Positions 11,201 to 24,900 of a stretch of DNA of 64,000 nucleotides are shown one piece after another. The stretch is from Fimbriosthenelais zetlandica (lineage: Eukaryota): positions 21,514,001 to 21,578,000 of the forward strand of contig OZ365114.1 of the NCBI GenBank assembly GCA_977030845.1. Reading direction: 5' to 3'. The position numbers and the translations under genes were made by a program. The first letter of the stretch is position 1. Each line of letters starts with the position of its first letter. A model generated the notes under the pieces. That model did not search any database. It was given only the letters and a program-made list of their open reading frames with translations, and was not told where the DNA came from.

Positions 11201-14200
11201 CGTATAGAGAGAGGAAAATGCCATTGAGCGCCGTGCATTGAGACCGGCTATAGATTTTTCGCTGCGCACACAAAGCCCCATTGGCCACGCAGAGCGGTGA
11301 GGAAGAATGCTCATTTCGGACATTTTCTGTCAACTTACAACAGGCTCCTCATTGCTGTTTTCAATGATAACATGGGATAAATATGGAATTGAATGAATGG
11401 GGGGTGAAGTGGAGAAAGAGGAGGTGGAAAAAATAGGAAAGGTGTGGAAAGTATGATATAAATCTATTATACAAGACAAGGTTTATATGGTGGAAATGGC
11501 TTGTATGGGCCTGGGAGGGACAGGGAGGGCGCATGTAATGATTTCCCAGCAAAGAAAAGAGGGAAGGCGGTTGTTTTTGCTTAATGAGTCCTAATGAAAA
11601 TGGAGACTTGAGGAACTGACAATGCCTCATTGGGATAAGAAAAAGGGGAGAGAGGAGTAGCCTTTCTCGCGCGCCTATCTCCCGGGCGTTTTGCCTCTGA
11701 GCAATGTTCGCCTTCTGAAACACTCCCACCAGCCAGAGGCGACGACGTCGACGGTCGCACGAGTCGCTAGAGCGAGAAAAATAACCTGAGGAGCAAATCT
11801 AGAACACAAACCCTCAAGCCATGAATGTGCTAGACTCAACTATTTTAATTGCTGTGTATATATGTATGTAACAAGCGTCAGATATGTATGTAGGTACCGA
11901 CAGACGCTATTTAATGTCAACTGAAAATTCAATCCCATCTATAAGGTATTTACATTTCTGAAGACATTCTACTTTTTGGAGAGCATTAATTGGAATATAT
12001 AGGTATACGCCGGTTTATCAATTTCAAAATGACTTATATATGAATCACCATGTATACCATATAATGAGATGAATAGGTTATAGTATATAACGGTAGAAAA
12101 GTATATGTAGATATTACCTTAGAGTAAAATGCATTATAGTCTAAGTTATTACTGTAAATCTACAGTTTCCCTGCTAGGATTAATCGGGAACACACATAAC
12201 TAGTTTTATGCGGGAAGCAGCTTTAAGAACAATCGGAATACCCAGGGAAAATGACATGTCAGTTAAAGCCAGCATTTTACTAATTAAGCGGCCAGCTACA
12301 CACACAGTCCCACACCGGCCCAGGTGTACACACACATGCTGCCCTGCTAGCATTGGTATGTAAAAAGAGATCCCACTGCCATTTACGTAACACCTGACAT
12401 TTTCTCCCCATATACCGTGACATGACCATTTTAGCATGCTGTGTGCAAGTGGGCTGTCCCCCAGCAGTGGCCATTATTAAAGCAATCCCATACCTATACA
12501 ATGTACACAGGGAAGCCATGGGAGAGAAATGAGGGAATGTATAGGGGTTCAATAATAACATTGGTAGGACGGCAGCCGAGGAAGCCAAAGCCGACAGCAA
12601 GTAAACTCGAGTGAACAAAACACTCCCTGCCCCAGCATCGTGGCTTTTATAACAGCATCTTTCAGCATGGCGAAAACAGCCAGATGAAAAACAGGTGTAA
12701 TTTAAGATACCTTAGATAAGCTCTCTTCCTATACATTGGGGGCGGCATATATCAAAGTCCTCCCCAATACATTCAAAGTTAATCAACTGAATGCCTCCAA
12801 TGCATGTTTTTATAGAGCCTTTGCATAAGGAGCTGCAAAATAGGGGGTTATTTGTGTTTATATTAAAGTTGTGAATACGGGAATCTCTGATCACTTCATA
12901 GGCAATTAAACCTTTATAATTGTTCCCTTTGTTGGCTGCCCTTGAAGAACTAGGCTCTGCCAAGTGAACGCATCAAAAGATCACGGCGTTAGACCCTGTG
13001 CCTATTTTCCGGCAATTTTGACCACAAAAGACTCAATGACTTGTTGGATGGCTGCAATAAAAGAGAGAAAGTAAAACCTTTTATTCTAGACGTGAGATTG
13101 GGTTTTGTTGAGGTGGTATTAACCTGCGTGTTTCTTACAGTGGGAGAGGTAGGAGGGAAACCATTGACATATAGTGTGATGTATATTGTGTTGTTCTTGC
13201 TATTGGGTTTGGTATAGGATTTTGGGGAGCAGGCATTGTTCTAACCTGTTGGCTATATTATAATACCTTAATCCGGCCATGTCTGACAGGTGGTTCTCAG
13301 GGGACCCAAATCTACAGTGGCTTTTGTTACGTAACATACCTGCAGAAATCCTCTTACATGACCAGCATGGTGAGGGAGCAGGTACACGACCTGGAACCTC
13401 TAACCCATGCAATTTGTATTGCCCATGATATTTTAAAAATAATTTTCTCAATTTCCCAAATGCAATACATTAAATCTAAAATTATCTGTCTTAATGTCAG
13501 AAGGATGTTATATTATTTTGCTCTGTTACTAAGTACTAAGTAACATACTTTTCACAACATAAAGAGAAGTGTGTAATTCCAGGAAAATGTGTCATATTTA
13601 CATGGAAGCATGCACACATTATAAACTTAGACTTGGACCCGGGCTAACTTGGACCCCTGCATGCAAAGTTAGACCATAAATCTCCAATCTCATTCTCTGG
13701 CTGCGCTAACAGGTACATGTTGTGTCAAAAAGTCTCAAGATAAACATTTTTATACTTTCTTTATGCGTACGAATGGCAGCCTAGATTTCCAAGTGAATTA
13801 AATTTACGAGGCATGTTCAAAGAAAGAATCTGTGGATTAAAGGTAATTGCTTGTTGAACAGATTAAATTCTTATTCTAATGAGAGAACAAGTCAAAATAT
13901 TAGATATTTATTTTGATCCAGAGTGTAGAGGATCAGGACTTATTATGGAGTGTAATCTTGTTGTAGTTAAAGAAGCAAAGCTCAATAAACCTAACCAAGT
14001 ATAGAAAATCCATCTGAAAGTGTGCTATGGACAAAGGCAGTTGATTCCACCCAATCAAGAGTGACAGTTTTTGTATAAAAGTCAGTTTTGCTGATCTGCG
14101 AACATAGGACCATGCCAACAAAATGTTCAAGCATTGATCAATGATTTAGTACGGTCATAGAATGTAAAAGGAAATGAATTAATACTTGGCTGGGATCTGG

Positions 14201-15399
14201 CATTTCACATTGATATGACCAAATGTATTCATAAATGCCAGTGCATAATGGTATTATATAATATATAGAGGATGATGGACTAGTGTCCATTCAGTGACAC
14301 TTTGCTGAGAGCTTTCTCTATATTACATAAACTTTAGAAACTAAAATCTATACGTATATGAAATGGACATGCAATCCCCAGAAAAATAAATATTTTTTCT
14401 ATTAACCATGTTATGTTTTTGCATCATAATTCTTATGGTTATATAGCAAAAATCTCTTATTAATTTAGTTACAATTATTATATTTGGACAGGAAGGTACT
14501 CCAGGTTTGATTGATAGTTTATTAGATCTGATATATCAAATCCAGTCATCTGTAACAATCATTCACAACCCGGATATATGAGTATATTTGATTAGTTTAT
14601 GTTGACATAGCGACCTCAGTTACCACTTCATAACATGTACACATACACAACATGGCATAAACAAACACTTCTCCAGGTACCTTGACTTCAGATCCTGAGT
14701 TTCTTCAGTAATAGACGACAGCATTTTAACTGATCAGATGCAAGTTTAGAAAATGTCTTATCTTTCCGGGATGTCTCATTTTCCCATACCTTTAGTCAGT
14801 TACAGCTTCAATACTTATAAAACATGAATATTTTATGATCTATCTTTAATATTTTCTGTATTTTCAGCTAGGACCGTGCATGTAGTTGTGTATAGACATG
14901 TCCTACCCATCTGCCCATGGTTTGGAGTAACAATCATAATAACAACCATAGCACACAGCTGACCCAACAACCAGCCCACCATTCCTCCTCCTTATACTCT
15001 GGGGGGAGGGCAACATTTGCCGGGGTCTTCTCATTTGCCAGCATTGTTCTACGGAGCTCAAGTATGTACTCACCCAGCCCTGCACCCCTTCCTCTAATCC
15101 CCCTACTCCCCTCCGCGATTCATTATGTCCCTATTCAAGTCAACAGCGTCCGTTTCAAACAAATCCCTCAAATGAGTCCAACTAATACCCCCACCAACTT
15201 AATTCATGTTTTGTAGTCATGTAATTGGCCGCGGCCGTACCGCAGCAGATTCGCCTCGCTTTTTGACACCAATTTCTCGCGTACAATTAGTTAAATATGG
15301 ACATTGTTGAAAGGCCGGAAGGCACTGGTCACAGGGGGGAGATGGGGATGGGAAGAGTAGCAGTTGGTGAGAGACATGGGGGACTGTATGGAGAAAGGA

Positions 15400-15580
15400 T
15401 GTATGGGGGAAGAGTACATGGTCATAGAGCATAGTGTTCACCTCCAGGGTGAAGGTATAAGGAGCCTTGGCCCAGGGGTGACACGCTCCATCCCTCCAGG
15501 GAATGATAATCAGCAATATTGTTCTGGAGCTTCTGGGCCATGGTACTTGGCTCCACCATCCATTTGTCCATAGCTTTTAA
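15400..15580 (-). mobile_element. Possible L2-like RT C-terminal remnant
   Basis: Manual translation MAQKLQNNIA...SVSPLGQGSLYLHP resembles KLQxxQNxAA...HVTPxLxxLHWLP. Confidence 0.3.
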
Positions 15581-15849
15581 TAAGTATGGTTTACAACCAT
15601 TTACTCTAGAATCACCGGTAAATGGAAGTCAAAAATCCACACACATCAAACACTAAAAGAATGAAAAATAGAAAAAAATCAAAGTTTGAAATGTTAGGTA
15701 TCCAAGGAATTTCTTCCACAGATTTGTGTAGGCCTAATTAGCTTAGGATCAGACTTGGGGAAAAAGTTCCCAGATCTTCTCACTGCATTGAATGCCTCCC
15801 TACCCCTGACATATCCCCCCTCCCCCGATGCTCTCCCTCGAGCTTCGAT

Positions 15850-15864
15850 CCCCCCCCCCCCCCC
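15850..15864 (+). repeat. Poly-C run (C15) within a C-rich tract
   Basis: Directly visible homopolymer, flanked by several C4-C6 runs (15815-15900). Confidence 0.95.
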
Positions 15865-16149
15865 TTTCACCCCCGCCCCAATCTGACCCCCTCCCCTTGT
15901 AGGTACCCCTCCTCCTGTCACCCCTTCACTGGATCAAGATCAGCCCTATAAGAAGGGGGTTTTAGAAGAGGCACCCTGTGGCTTATCATACAAGGGCCTT
16001 GCTCGCTGGGTCGGCCAAGCGTTTCCACTCCAATGAGCCGAGCCCCCTGTCTCCTATTGAAAAGATGCTTGGACTTGACACCAACTGACAGGGCTGGGAG
16101 AGCTTGAAGGAATGCTCAGGACCTGTTTGGTCGGCGACAGGAAACCCCC

Positions 16150-16270
16150 TCTGCCTCACCAAGCGACTTAAAATGCGTGTAGTGGGGCATTTGGATCTTG
16201 TGTTTCCGACCGGGCCTATGTCCTCTTTCATTGTAAGCCAAGAAAGCATTACAATGGAAGGCTTTTCACT
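16150..16270 (+). mobile_element. Decayed CR1/L2-like endonuclease remnant
   Basis: ORF-track peptide VVGHLDLVFPTG resembles the L2/CR1 EN motif GHTLDLVFT. Confidence 0.35.
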
Positions 16271-18415
16271 TCCATTCAAGGGGATTTTGGGGGTATTTTT
16301 TCCACTTTTGAAGGAGGGAATTTAAAGAGCTCTAGGGTTGCATCATTTTCTACTTGCCCAACTTCACTTCCTACCAATGTATTAACCGAAACTCGGTATT
16401 TCCACATCAAATAAAAGTTCTGAACTATATTTTTATATTATTTTCACAGAACATTCTTTGGAAGAGAAAAACTTGATATAAAACTATTCCATCTCACATT
16501 ACTTTGTCCCACAGAAGTAATTCTACCGCGCATATACGCGGTGTATTAAAGAGTTGCATAAAATTTATTCTGACCATTGAAATGGCTGTAAATTTTATTT
16601 TATATGATAATGGCAAGTGGTGTCAGATGGTCCATGGTATTATAAAGGAGGTTTTATAACCCCAAGCATCTCCTCAAGCCAGCTTTAAATCCACGCTCCA
16701 ATGAACAGAGCATGGGTATGTAGGGGACGGAAGGGGAGGACGGATTGGGAGGCATCCAGGCAGAAGCGGGTCAGATAGGCATGCCACACTATGTCATATA
16801 TTTAGCCCTGTGATGCTTCATTGGAAGATCCAGGGGGTAATCTCACCATAGGGGATGATGGGGGTGGGTTAACTAAGGGGATAACCCTGACACGTTATAT
16901 ATGATGTAAGAAATAAGAGATCAGACACTCTATACCCGCCCTTGTCTTGACCTCTGTGATTTAAGCCAGGTTTATAACATAAAACTCATGCCCTCTACAT
17001 CTTCCCCTATTCTTTTTATCCTGAAGGGACTGCCTCTGTTTTATATTACCTTATCACTTTGCTATAAAGTCACCATCAATTAGGAAGTAAAATCAGAGGC
17101 TATAGGGGAATGGTGAAAATATTGTTATATTTTTTATATATCACCCATATTTGAGGCATGCATGAAAGCATTACACGTCTAAATCTATGTGTTTAATTTA
17201 AAATTGGAAATGGTAGGCAGAGACTTATTCTTCCGCCCACTATTAATAGGTAACCACCTGTGGGATGTTATATATAAGCAATGCTGATGACAGTGGTATA
17301 TATTATGGTGTTCAGTGGAGTGGGACGGATCCCTGGCCAGGTGAGATGTTCATCCTATGACTCATTCCCCCCAGGTGGCCAACGCGCCGCCATTTTAACT
17401 ACCAGCATATTTATACGGTGTGAGAAAGAGCTGGAATTACACATAGAAGGCATAGTGATGTGCTATAATAATTACATTGGTATGAATAGGATTCACGGTG
17501 AATCTTGGTTTTGTAACGCTTAGAAAACTGATGGGAAATTGAATATATGAAAGAATCTGCTGATAGCCATGCGTATAACACACATTTGATTCATATATTC
17601 TAGAGAATAATTGTATGCAGGTATATACAATCAATGCATCGGATTTATAGAAATTATTTTTCTTTACTTGTATTCATTCTCAGAACTATGTAATGTTCGA
17701 ATGGGATTTGTCTATGTATGCTTTATGAAAGTCACCATTTACTATGTTAAAATCATATTAATATATCCACCTATAGATCATTGTCCCAAAGTCATTCAGC
17801 GGTTGCATATATATGGATAATTAAATCACAATACGGCCTGTCATATATATGGGTTGAGAAGATGACACATTAGTTCTCAAGCATTAATGTGTGTATATTA
17901 CAAGCTTGTAAACTAAGGTAACCATGGGCCAGCATTAGAGTTAAGGTGCAGCAAATATGTATACTTGTATGTTGTGTAATCATTGAAGCGTGTCCATGAT
18001 TAATAGCTTCTGTATATTACAGGTAACATTGATGGCCGTGAGGAGCCAGCGATTCAGTCATACTACGTGGGTCCCGGTGTTCATTTCACATAACAGTAAA
18101 TCCTTCATAATGATAGCCTGTTTTCCTGTCAAAAAATAGATGATAGATTAACTTTGCCCTCGAAGAACGTTTTGCAACCAAGGGGGCAAGAGATGTATAA
18201 AAGGACGTGGCAGGAACTGGGGCAACCGCCTATAGATTATTATTAATGACGGATTAATTTTTTTATATCAAAATGAACATGAATTATAAATCTTTCAAGG
18301 TGGATTGTATTTCACCCGCTCAGTAGCATGTATTTGTGAATGGTTCCTTTTCAAAGCAATATTAACTTAGGAAGATTTAATCATAATATAAGGGTTTCTT
18401 TTATGATTCCTATTC

Positions 18416-18501
18416 TATATTGGATAGTAAATGAAAAGGAAAAATATTGGATATTAAAATTGGATGTTATATTGGATAGTAAATGAGAAGGAAAAATATT
18501 G
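18416..18501. repeat. 34-bp direct repeat (18416-18449 and 18468-18501), one mismatch
   Basis: tatattggatagtaaatga(a/g)aaggaaaaatattg occurs twice, with period 52. Confidence 0.95.
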
Positions 18502-18869
18502 CCCTATATATGTCTCTTTTAGAAATGAACAATCACGCAAGCTTTCCAATTATCAAGGAGTTAGAATTATTCAAAGTGGTGGAAAACACTCTTCTGTGTA
18601 AGGAAGAAAGGTAAATCAGTTGAATAAATGAATTTATCTGTATAATTTGTGGAAAATGGGATAATGAGGGAAAATAATCAAAGTCCTACATCATAGGCTT
18701 AATCCCGGGATGGCTTTGGCCTAGTAACCACTTCACTTGCAGTGACAAAAGCGTTCAAAGAGTTTTGCATATTGGCGCCCCATGAGCAAAATATTGACAC
18801 GAGAGATCACTAATTAGTGGATGCCATTTATAAAGCGAGTTTTAATTAGAGATAAACTTGGGCCGAGAT

Positions 18870-19260
18870 TAAAGTTTGCATTCCTCAGTTAAATCGGTAC
18901 TTGAGATTATATTCCGCTGTATAGTTTGGTGGGCAATATATATAGTTGGGCAGCAAATACCACAGTAACGAGTACTGATGGTAAAGCTGATACTGCGGGA
19001 TTGGGATTTAGAGTAAAAGGCCCCCGAGGTGAGGCTTGAGAACATAGTGAGGGATATAGGGATGAAGGTGTCATATATAGACAGACTGCTTAGTGAGGGC
19101 AATGGGGCAGACTTTGGTAGGCTGATTAGGTTGGATCTTGATCGCCAATTCTATTGTCCATCCTAGAGTTACATCATCCCCATCCCAGGTAATGGTCAGT
19201 ATTATGGTCACGGTAGGTTGACCAGTGAAAGGAGGGTATATTAATAGGTGGACGCGGGGG
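18870..19260 (-). mobile_element. Possible decayed LINE RT thumb region
   Basis: ORF-track peptides GDDVTLGWTIELAIKIQPNQPTK (cf. DD...WxxxNxLKINPxKT) and TRYCGIC (cf. KYLGI). Confidence 0.3.
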
Positions 19261-20749
19261 GGGGGGTGTATCAGAGGAATGCTTATTAATGAGGCTAGCA
19301 TTGGAGACTAGGTGAAGGTGGCAGTGCCACTGCCACATCATGTCACCGCCCCCTATAACGCCTATACTCAGTAATGATCCCATTTTTAGGTAAGACGGGG
19401 GGAGGGCTAGCCCTGCGGGAATCTCAAACAACCTCAAATATTCCCATGCCTTCTATCCTCCCCCAAGGGGGTATAGGTGGGTGCCTGGAGAGAGCCCGAG
19501 AGACCGCCCCTTCTCTACACCTAGAGTCGGGAGGACGGGCCTGCCAACCCCGTACACCCTCACCTGCCTCCCCGCTCTCAGCCACAGGTGTGGACAACTC
19601 CGCGGGGGGTACAATTAGAGTGTCTTTAATTGGAGGCCCAAGGCTTTTCTTGCACCGGCCAGGTTTTTAGTTTAAAGGGAGGGGAAGAATTCACATGGGA
19701 GGGAATGAGAGTGAGAGAGAGGCAGGCCAGGTCGAGGTACCTGCACAATTCAATAGAGGAAAGTAATATTAAACCCACTCCCCGGGACATGCAATTAATG
19801 TCTCCATATTACATGTTACCTGCTACCCCCAATGAACCGTCATTCAAATACAGGCCATTATTTTAATGAAGACTCTATTAAATATGGTCAATAAGAGAAT
19901 CACTTCAAATAAAAGTTTGAATTAAGGCAAGCATGAATAGTAAATTAAAGACCTGGTTATTATGTTGCTAAGTGAAGGGTGCTATTGGATCATTGGTTCT
20001 GGATCCTCACGCGAGGCGCCGCCAGCAGCCGGGATCCCAGAACAAGCACACTCTTAAAAGCAATGCAGTTCATAGGCATTTAGTTAGATTTCATTCAACC
20101 GTATATAAATAAATTATATATAATGGAAGTCGAAAATGATCTGTATAATGTATACGGAAGACAAAAACATTTTCTGGCCCAGTTTATTAAGGCAAATTTC
20201 ACGAGACACGGTCCAAGGAAAAAAATTGGAGATAATCCGCGTTCAATTGCATTATTTCAGCGTCCAGGTTTTTGGGTAATTTGATCCTGTAATCACAGAG
20301 GACAAAATGAAAACCTGCGTCCACTTGGAATGCAGAATTTCATGACCCAGAAAGTCATGAAATCTTAGAATATTGCACAATATTCCAGTTATAATGAACC
20401 AGGTTGAGAGGGATGTCCATAAGGTATATTAGTGAAGGGCATCTGGGCTTTATTAATAACAATTTTCTGATATAGATGTGAAGCACATTAGCCAGTGTTA
20501 AACGACTCATTGATGTTAATTACTACATGAATATTTATGGTATTTTGGGGCATTCTTCCCCTGAGGCTTGTATACTAGCCCCTGTCACCACAGTGGACAC
20601 TGGCAGACAATTAACAAGCTGATCTATGTGAAAATGTCTCTTGTTCGTGTCCATAATGATTGAACTAAAAGCATGAATGGTTGAAATGATCAGAGGTCAT
20701 TATTATGCTCATTGAATAATGCACTCCGTGTGATGCCATTAAGCTACAT

Positions 20750-20840
20750 TGGAGCTCGGACAATGGTCGCCAATAGCGTGAGAACAATGCGTGGCTGACC
20801 GCTGGTCATTGTTTCCTTGACCACCGATGGCTTCATGTAT
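20750..20840. promoter_or_regulatory. Candidate Sox-bound enhancer (three high-affinity Sox sites)
   Basis: ACAATGG at 20760-20766, AACAATG at 20783-20789 and CATTGTT at 20807-20813, in a CpG-rich island. Confidence 0.45.
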
Positions 20841-23800
20841 ATTGGTGCCATGATCAGGAAAGCGTTCCAGACAGACTGCCCGGCAATGATATTGGTCAGA
20901 ACTGACCGCTAGTGAATAATTGATGAAGAGGCGGGAAGGGGGAGAGCGAAGGTATAGAGCTTTAGATGGGCCATGCATTATGGATGGACCTTTTACACAG
21001 TCTCTCTATATGTGCAGCGGAGATGGGGGAACCAGGACAGCGCACAGTTATATAAATCTATTTCATACGTATTGTCGTCATGAAAAGGCATTTGTTTTCA
21101 GTATGAATTGAGAGAGTAATGAAACAGGGGTTAATATCTTGTCATGGTAATATTACATATCACCTGTCTGCAATGAATCTTCAAGCGAAGGTCATTATAA
21201 GGGCAATTTAAGTGGTATGCTTGCAGCATGCAGGGGGAAAATGACACTCCTGTAAATTTATGTATAATATATTTATCATACTTTTGCTATGGAATTTAAG
21301 CAATGGCTTGGTATCAGATGTAATAATTCTGTTGATTTTATATGGAGAGTTATAACTTTGATATACAGTTACTTATCAATGCACAGAGGCAGATCTAGCA
21401 TACAGTGTCTGTGATTGCGGCTATATTTACCTGTAAAACAAACGCATTGACAGTAAAACGTTTCTTGCACTTTGGCCACCATAATCAGAAGCAGCAATCC
21501 AATTACAAGGATGACATGGATGTCTGCAGGCCTGTAAACAATGCTATCACTCCTCTTAATTGCTGTCATACGGACAGCAATTACAGTGTCCAGGCGACTT
21601 GCTAAATGTCAGGCTTGATTATGACGGGGATAACATGTCATCGGGGCGTTAAACGGTAGCCAGGCTGAAAGGTGCTACACCCCTCTCACTCTCTACTGGT
21701 GCTATTACAAGAATCCACAAGTGTGAAGCATTTTAGCAACATTTATAATGACAATAGAATGCTAAATTGCATTGTATTTGTGGAAAATATCCCTATTGTA
21801 TATATGCAGGTATTAGATTTTAATACTGACAACTTTGGGCAAGGGAATATTTTAGATTCCGCATGAGAGACAGTTATGTTAAATTCCAGTGAAATTCCAT
21901 GTTAAATGCAGACAAAACTTTCCCAGGCCAGTGAGAAATATGGGAAATAACCAAAATGTCTGAGACTTTAAGAGAAAGGAAACCCGAATAATACTTGGAG
22001 TACACTCATCAAATCATTGCTATTTCTTCTCCACCTCCTCTTCCTTAGCAGATGATTGACTTTTGTAGTGTTATACATCATTGGGCATTCTTTTTAGTGG
22101 ACGCAGCCTTCGCTGGGAAGGAGGACTGAATTGGAATCACCATTTCCTTGAAATACAATTATCAAATCAGAAACTTTCTCGGCGGTAAACTAATAAACCG
22201 CGCTTTAAAGAGTCCTCCAATTCATGTCATTTTATTACATTGCATCACGAGTGGTTTCTTGCGTGTCACAAAATGTCATTTGGGGAAACAGGGACTTGTT
22301 TTTGGGAGAGGGGAGTAAAGGCAAAAGCAGGTTCGGTTTTGGCAGCCTCAAGAAGTCGGACGACATTTGTAATTTGGGCGCGAAAAGAGGGGGAATGTTT
22401 TAAGTTCGATCGTCTGCTAAAAGGCGCCGGGCAGCGTTTGCCTTGTTATTGCGCTCTGAATCCGTAATGAAAATATTGGGATGTCTGCGACTCTCACACT
22501 ATAGAAGTTTCCCCAGTGGGCGCGCTATATCCCAACATCCCAACAAAACACTGTCCAACTTTACCCTGGTCTACCCCACACTGACATGGTGACACCGCCG
22601 CCCAGTCCAATCTATATACCAATGGCCATTATGAAAACAGAATAACAATGGTCTGGATGATTGCGTCAGGTATAGCTTCTCTACCTTGTAGTTTTACCAT
22701 TTCTACCATCAAGCAGACCTGTCACAGGGGGGCATGATGGGGTATAAACAGAGTGACGCTTCACTGATTTTCGTGAGAAGAATTCACGGTATCATATATG
22801 CCCATATAATGGACGCGTCCTATACATTGTACTTGTAAGTTGATAATTTAACGTGGTGCCATACTCACTAATGCATAACATAGCCTATAATGCTTATGAA
22901 TGGGTGGTATACTTCTCACTAAATATATCATTTAATTCATTGAAAAATAATTAGTGAAAATTCTGATCACAATCCACGCAAGTATGATATTTTACTCAGG
23001 CGAGCATCTATTTCTGGTAACAATAAATGGCAAAGGGAAAGAAAACTCATGTTCTCTACTCATATTGAAGCAGAAAGCTAGGCGGATCATAAAACAAGAA
23101 AAGCATCGACATCTTTAGAAATCATGATATCGTGCGGCTCTGGTAGTGGAGTCACAAGGCCTGGTTATGACATAATAACCATGCTTCCTCCAGTCCTTCC
23201 TCCAGCCCCTTTGGCTTGCTCGGCAGTGTGCCTCGTGTAATGAGCGCCCTGCCAGGTCCAGGGTCTTCCCCAAACTACCTATTAACTAATGCAGCGACTC
23301 TTACGTAAAATATGACGGAGGCGGGAAATGAAAAGGTGCCATGTTAGAGGGACATCTATTACAGTAAGCCTGGAGGCTGGGCGACCAGCAAGCCGGGCTG
23401 GGTGGACGACATCTATAAACAGACGCAACAAATGTCTCAATGACATGCGCAACACTCACGCAACTTCTTCTACTTTGCTCTCTCCTTAGACTCTCAAAAT
23501 TATTTAGACTGGCCCACATTATTATTTTGTTATATAACATATACCATATAATTATTTTATCATATTATTTTTTTTGAATAATATTTTTATAATAAATAAT
23601 GTTGATATTATATTTAAAATTAATGTAATGGAAAATAACAAATTATATTGAAGTCTTAAACTAGTCTACTCTTGAGACCAGCTCGAACCAATCCAACTCC
23701 ATTCCGACCATGGTTCCCTTTGCAAAAATACTTCAGTTGGACGCGGCACATAACCTACATGTTCATGTGATATGGTTATTGATGCTTATCACCTAAAGTA

Positions 23801-24599
23801 TGCTGTATGATAGTCACAATAAAAACACCCAGCACCATAATGATATTGTCATGAATTAGATATTATCTCTCGGTGATTAAGCCAACGTTTGGCAGAGACC
23901 AATGACAAGCATTTCTACATGTATCATATACATTACCCCGCCTCTTCATGTCGCCCGTCCATTTCTGCAGGCAGCACAACATGCAATTTAATTGCACATG
24001 TTCAATTATGATTATTCATATTAATTACAGTGAATGGGATGCAGGGTTTTAGGCAATGGCGATCAGAGAACAACGCCCTTGCCTGCATGATCGTGTCTCA
24101 GTTTTGTCTCTTTAGGTTTTTTCAAAAAAATGAAAATGATGGATGGATTTTAAAATGCATCTGTCTAGTCAGAAAATTGGTTTAACAAAGGATTTTGGAT
24201 GCGATTAAGGGTCCTGATTGTTCGGTTCATATTAAAAGTTGGATAAAGAAAAGACTGGTATTATACCATATAAATTAGGCAGAAATTTTATCATTATGTG
24301 TTTAACCTAATTGGTACATCTGGATTGTTCTATTCTTTTTTATGTGTGAAGGAAGTCTCTTTACTTTCAATAAACCATGCAAATCAAGTCCAACCTCTGC
24401 ATCTCAGAATCTATACTGCTGACTCCCTGTGTCAATAGATAACAGTGGAAGAAATCAGGCAGTAATCTATACCTCCAAAACATATGCTTTTTACATTGTA
24501 GTTCCAACAAAAAGTTAACACCCTTATAATACAGGCCCATATTAATCAAACGAGATAAGTTTTCGCCTTTCTCTAAAAGGTGCAGATAGTGAATGGAGG

Positions 24600-24900
24600 T
24601 AGAGAATGGGTTTAGAGACTGGTTGTTGTGTGGATGGTGGGCCGGGGTAAGGCATTGTAACGATCAGAGGTCGGCAGTGTGGTCAATTATCAACACACCA
24701 CTTATCTATGCCTTTCAGAGCAACCAGCGGAAAAATGGTCTTAGAAAATGTTTTGTCATTATACGAGAAATAAACACATCTCGGTCGCGTGGCTTTCTCA
24801 TTTGCATACAGTTGGGGTCGCAAGGCTCAGTGGTCGCATCTTGCATGGCTGGAGAATTTGATACTTTTGGTGGCATAGGACGGGCGTAATTTTTGGGTGT
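24600..24900 (-). mobile_element. Decayed CR1/L2-like reverse transcriptase N-terminal remnant
   Basis: MRPLSLATPTVCK*ESHATEMCLFL...FSAGCSERHR resembles YRPISLxxxxxKxxExxxxxxLxxFL...QxGFRxxHS; multiple stop codons. Confidence 0.45.

Noticed and set aside
14417-14430. Near Oct-Sox composite TTTTGCATCATAAT
   Set aside because: It is mismatched in the Sox core and sits in very AT-rich sequence, so it is likely chance.
16517-16545. accgcg-catata-cgcggt hairpin as a Helitron 3' end
   Set aside because: No CTRR terminus at the expected distance and no matching 5' end.
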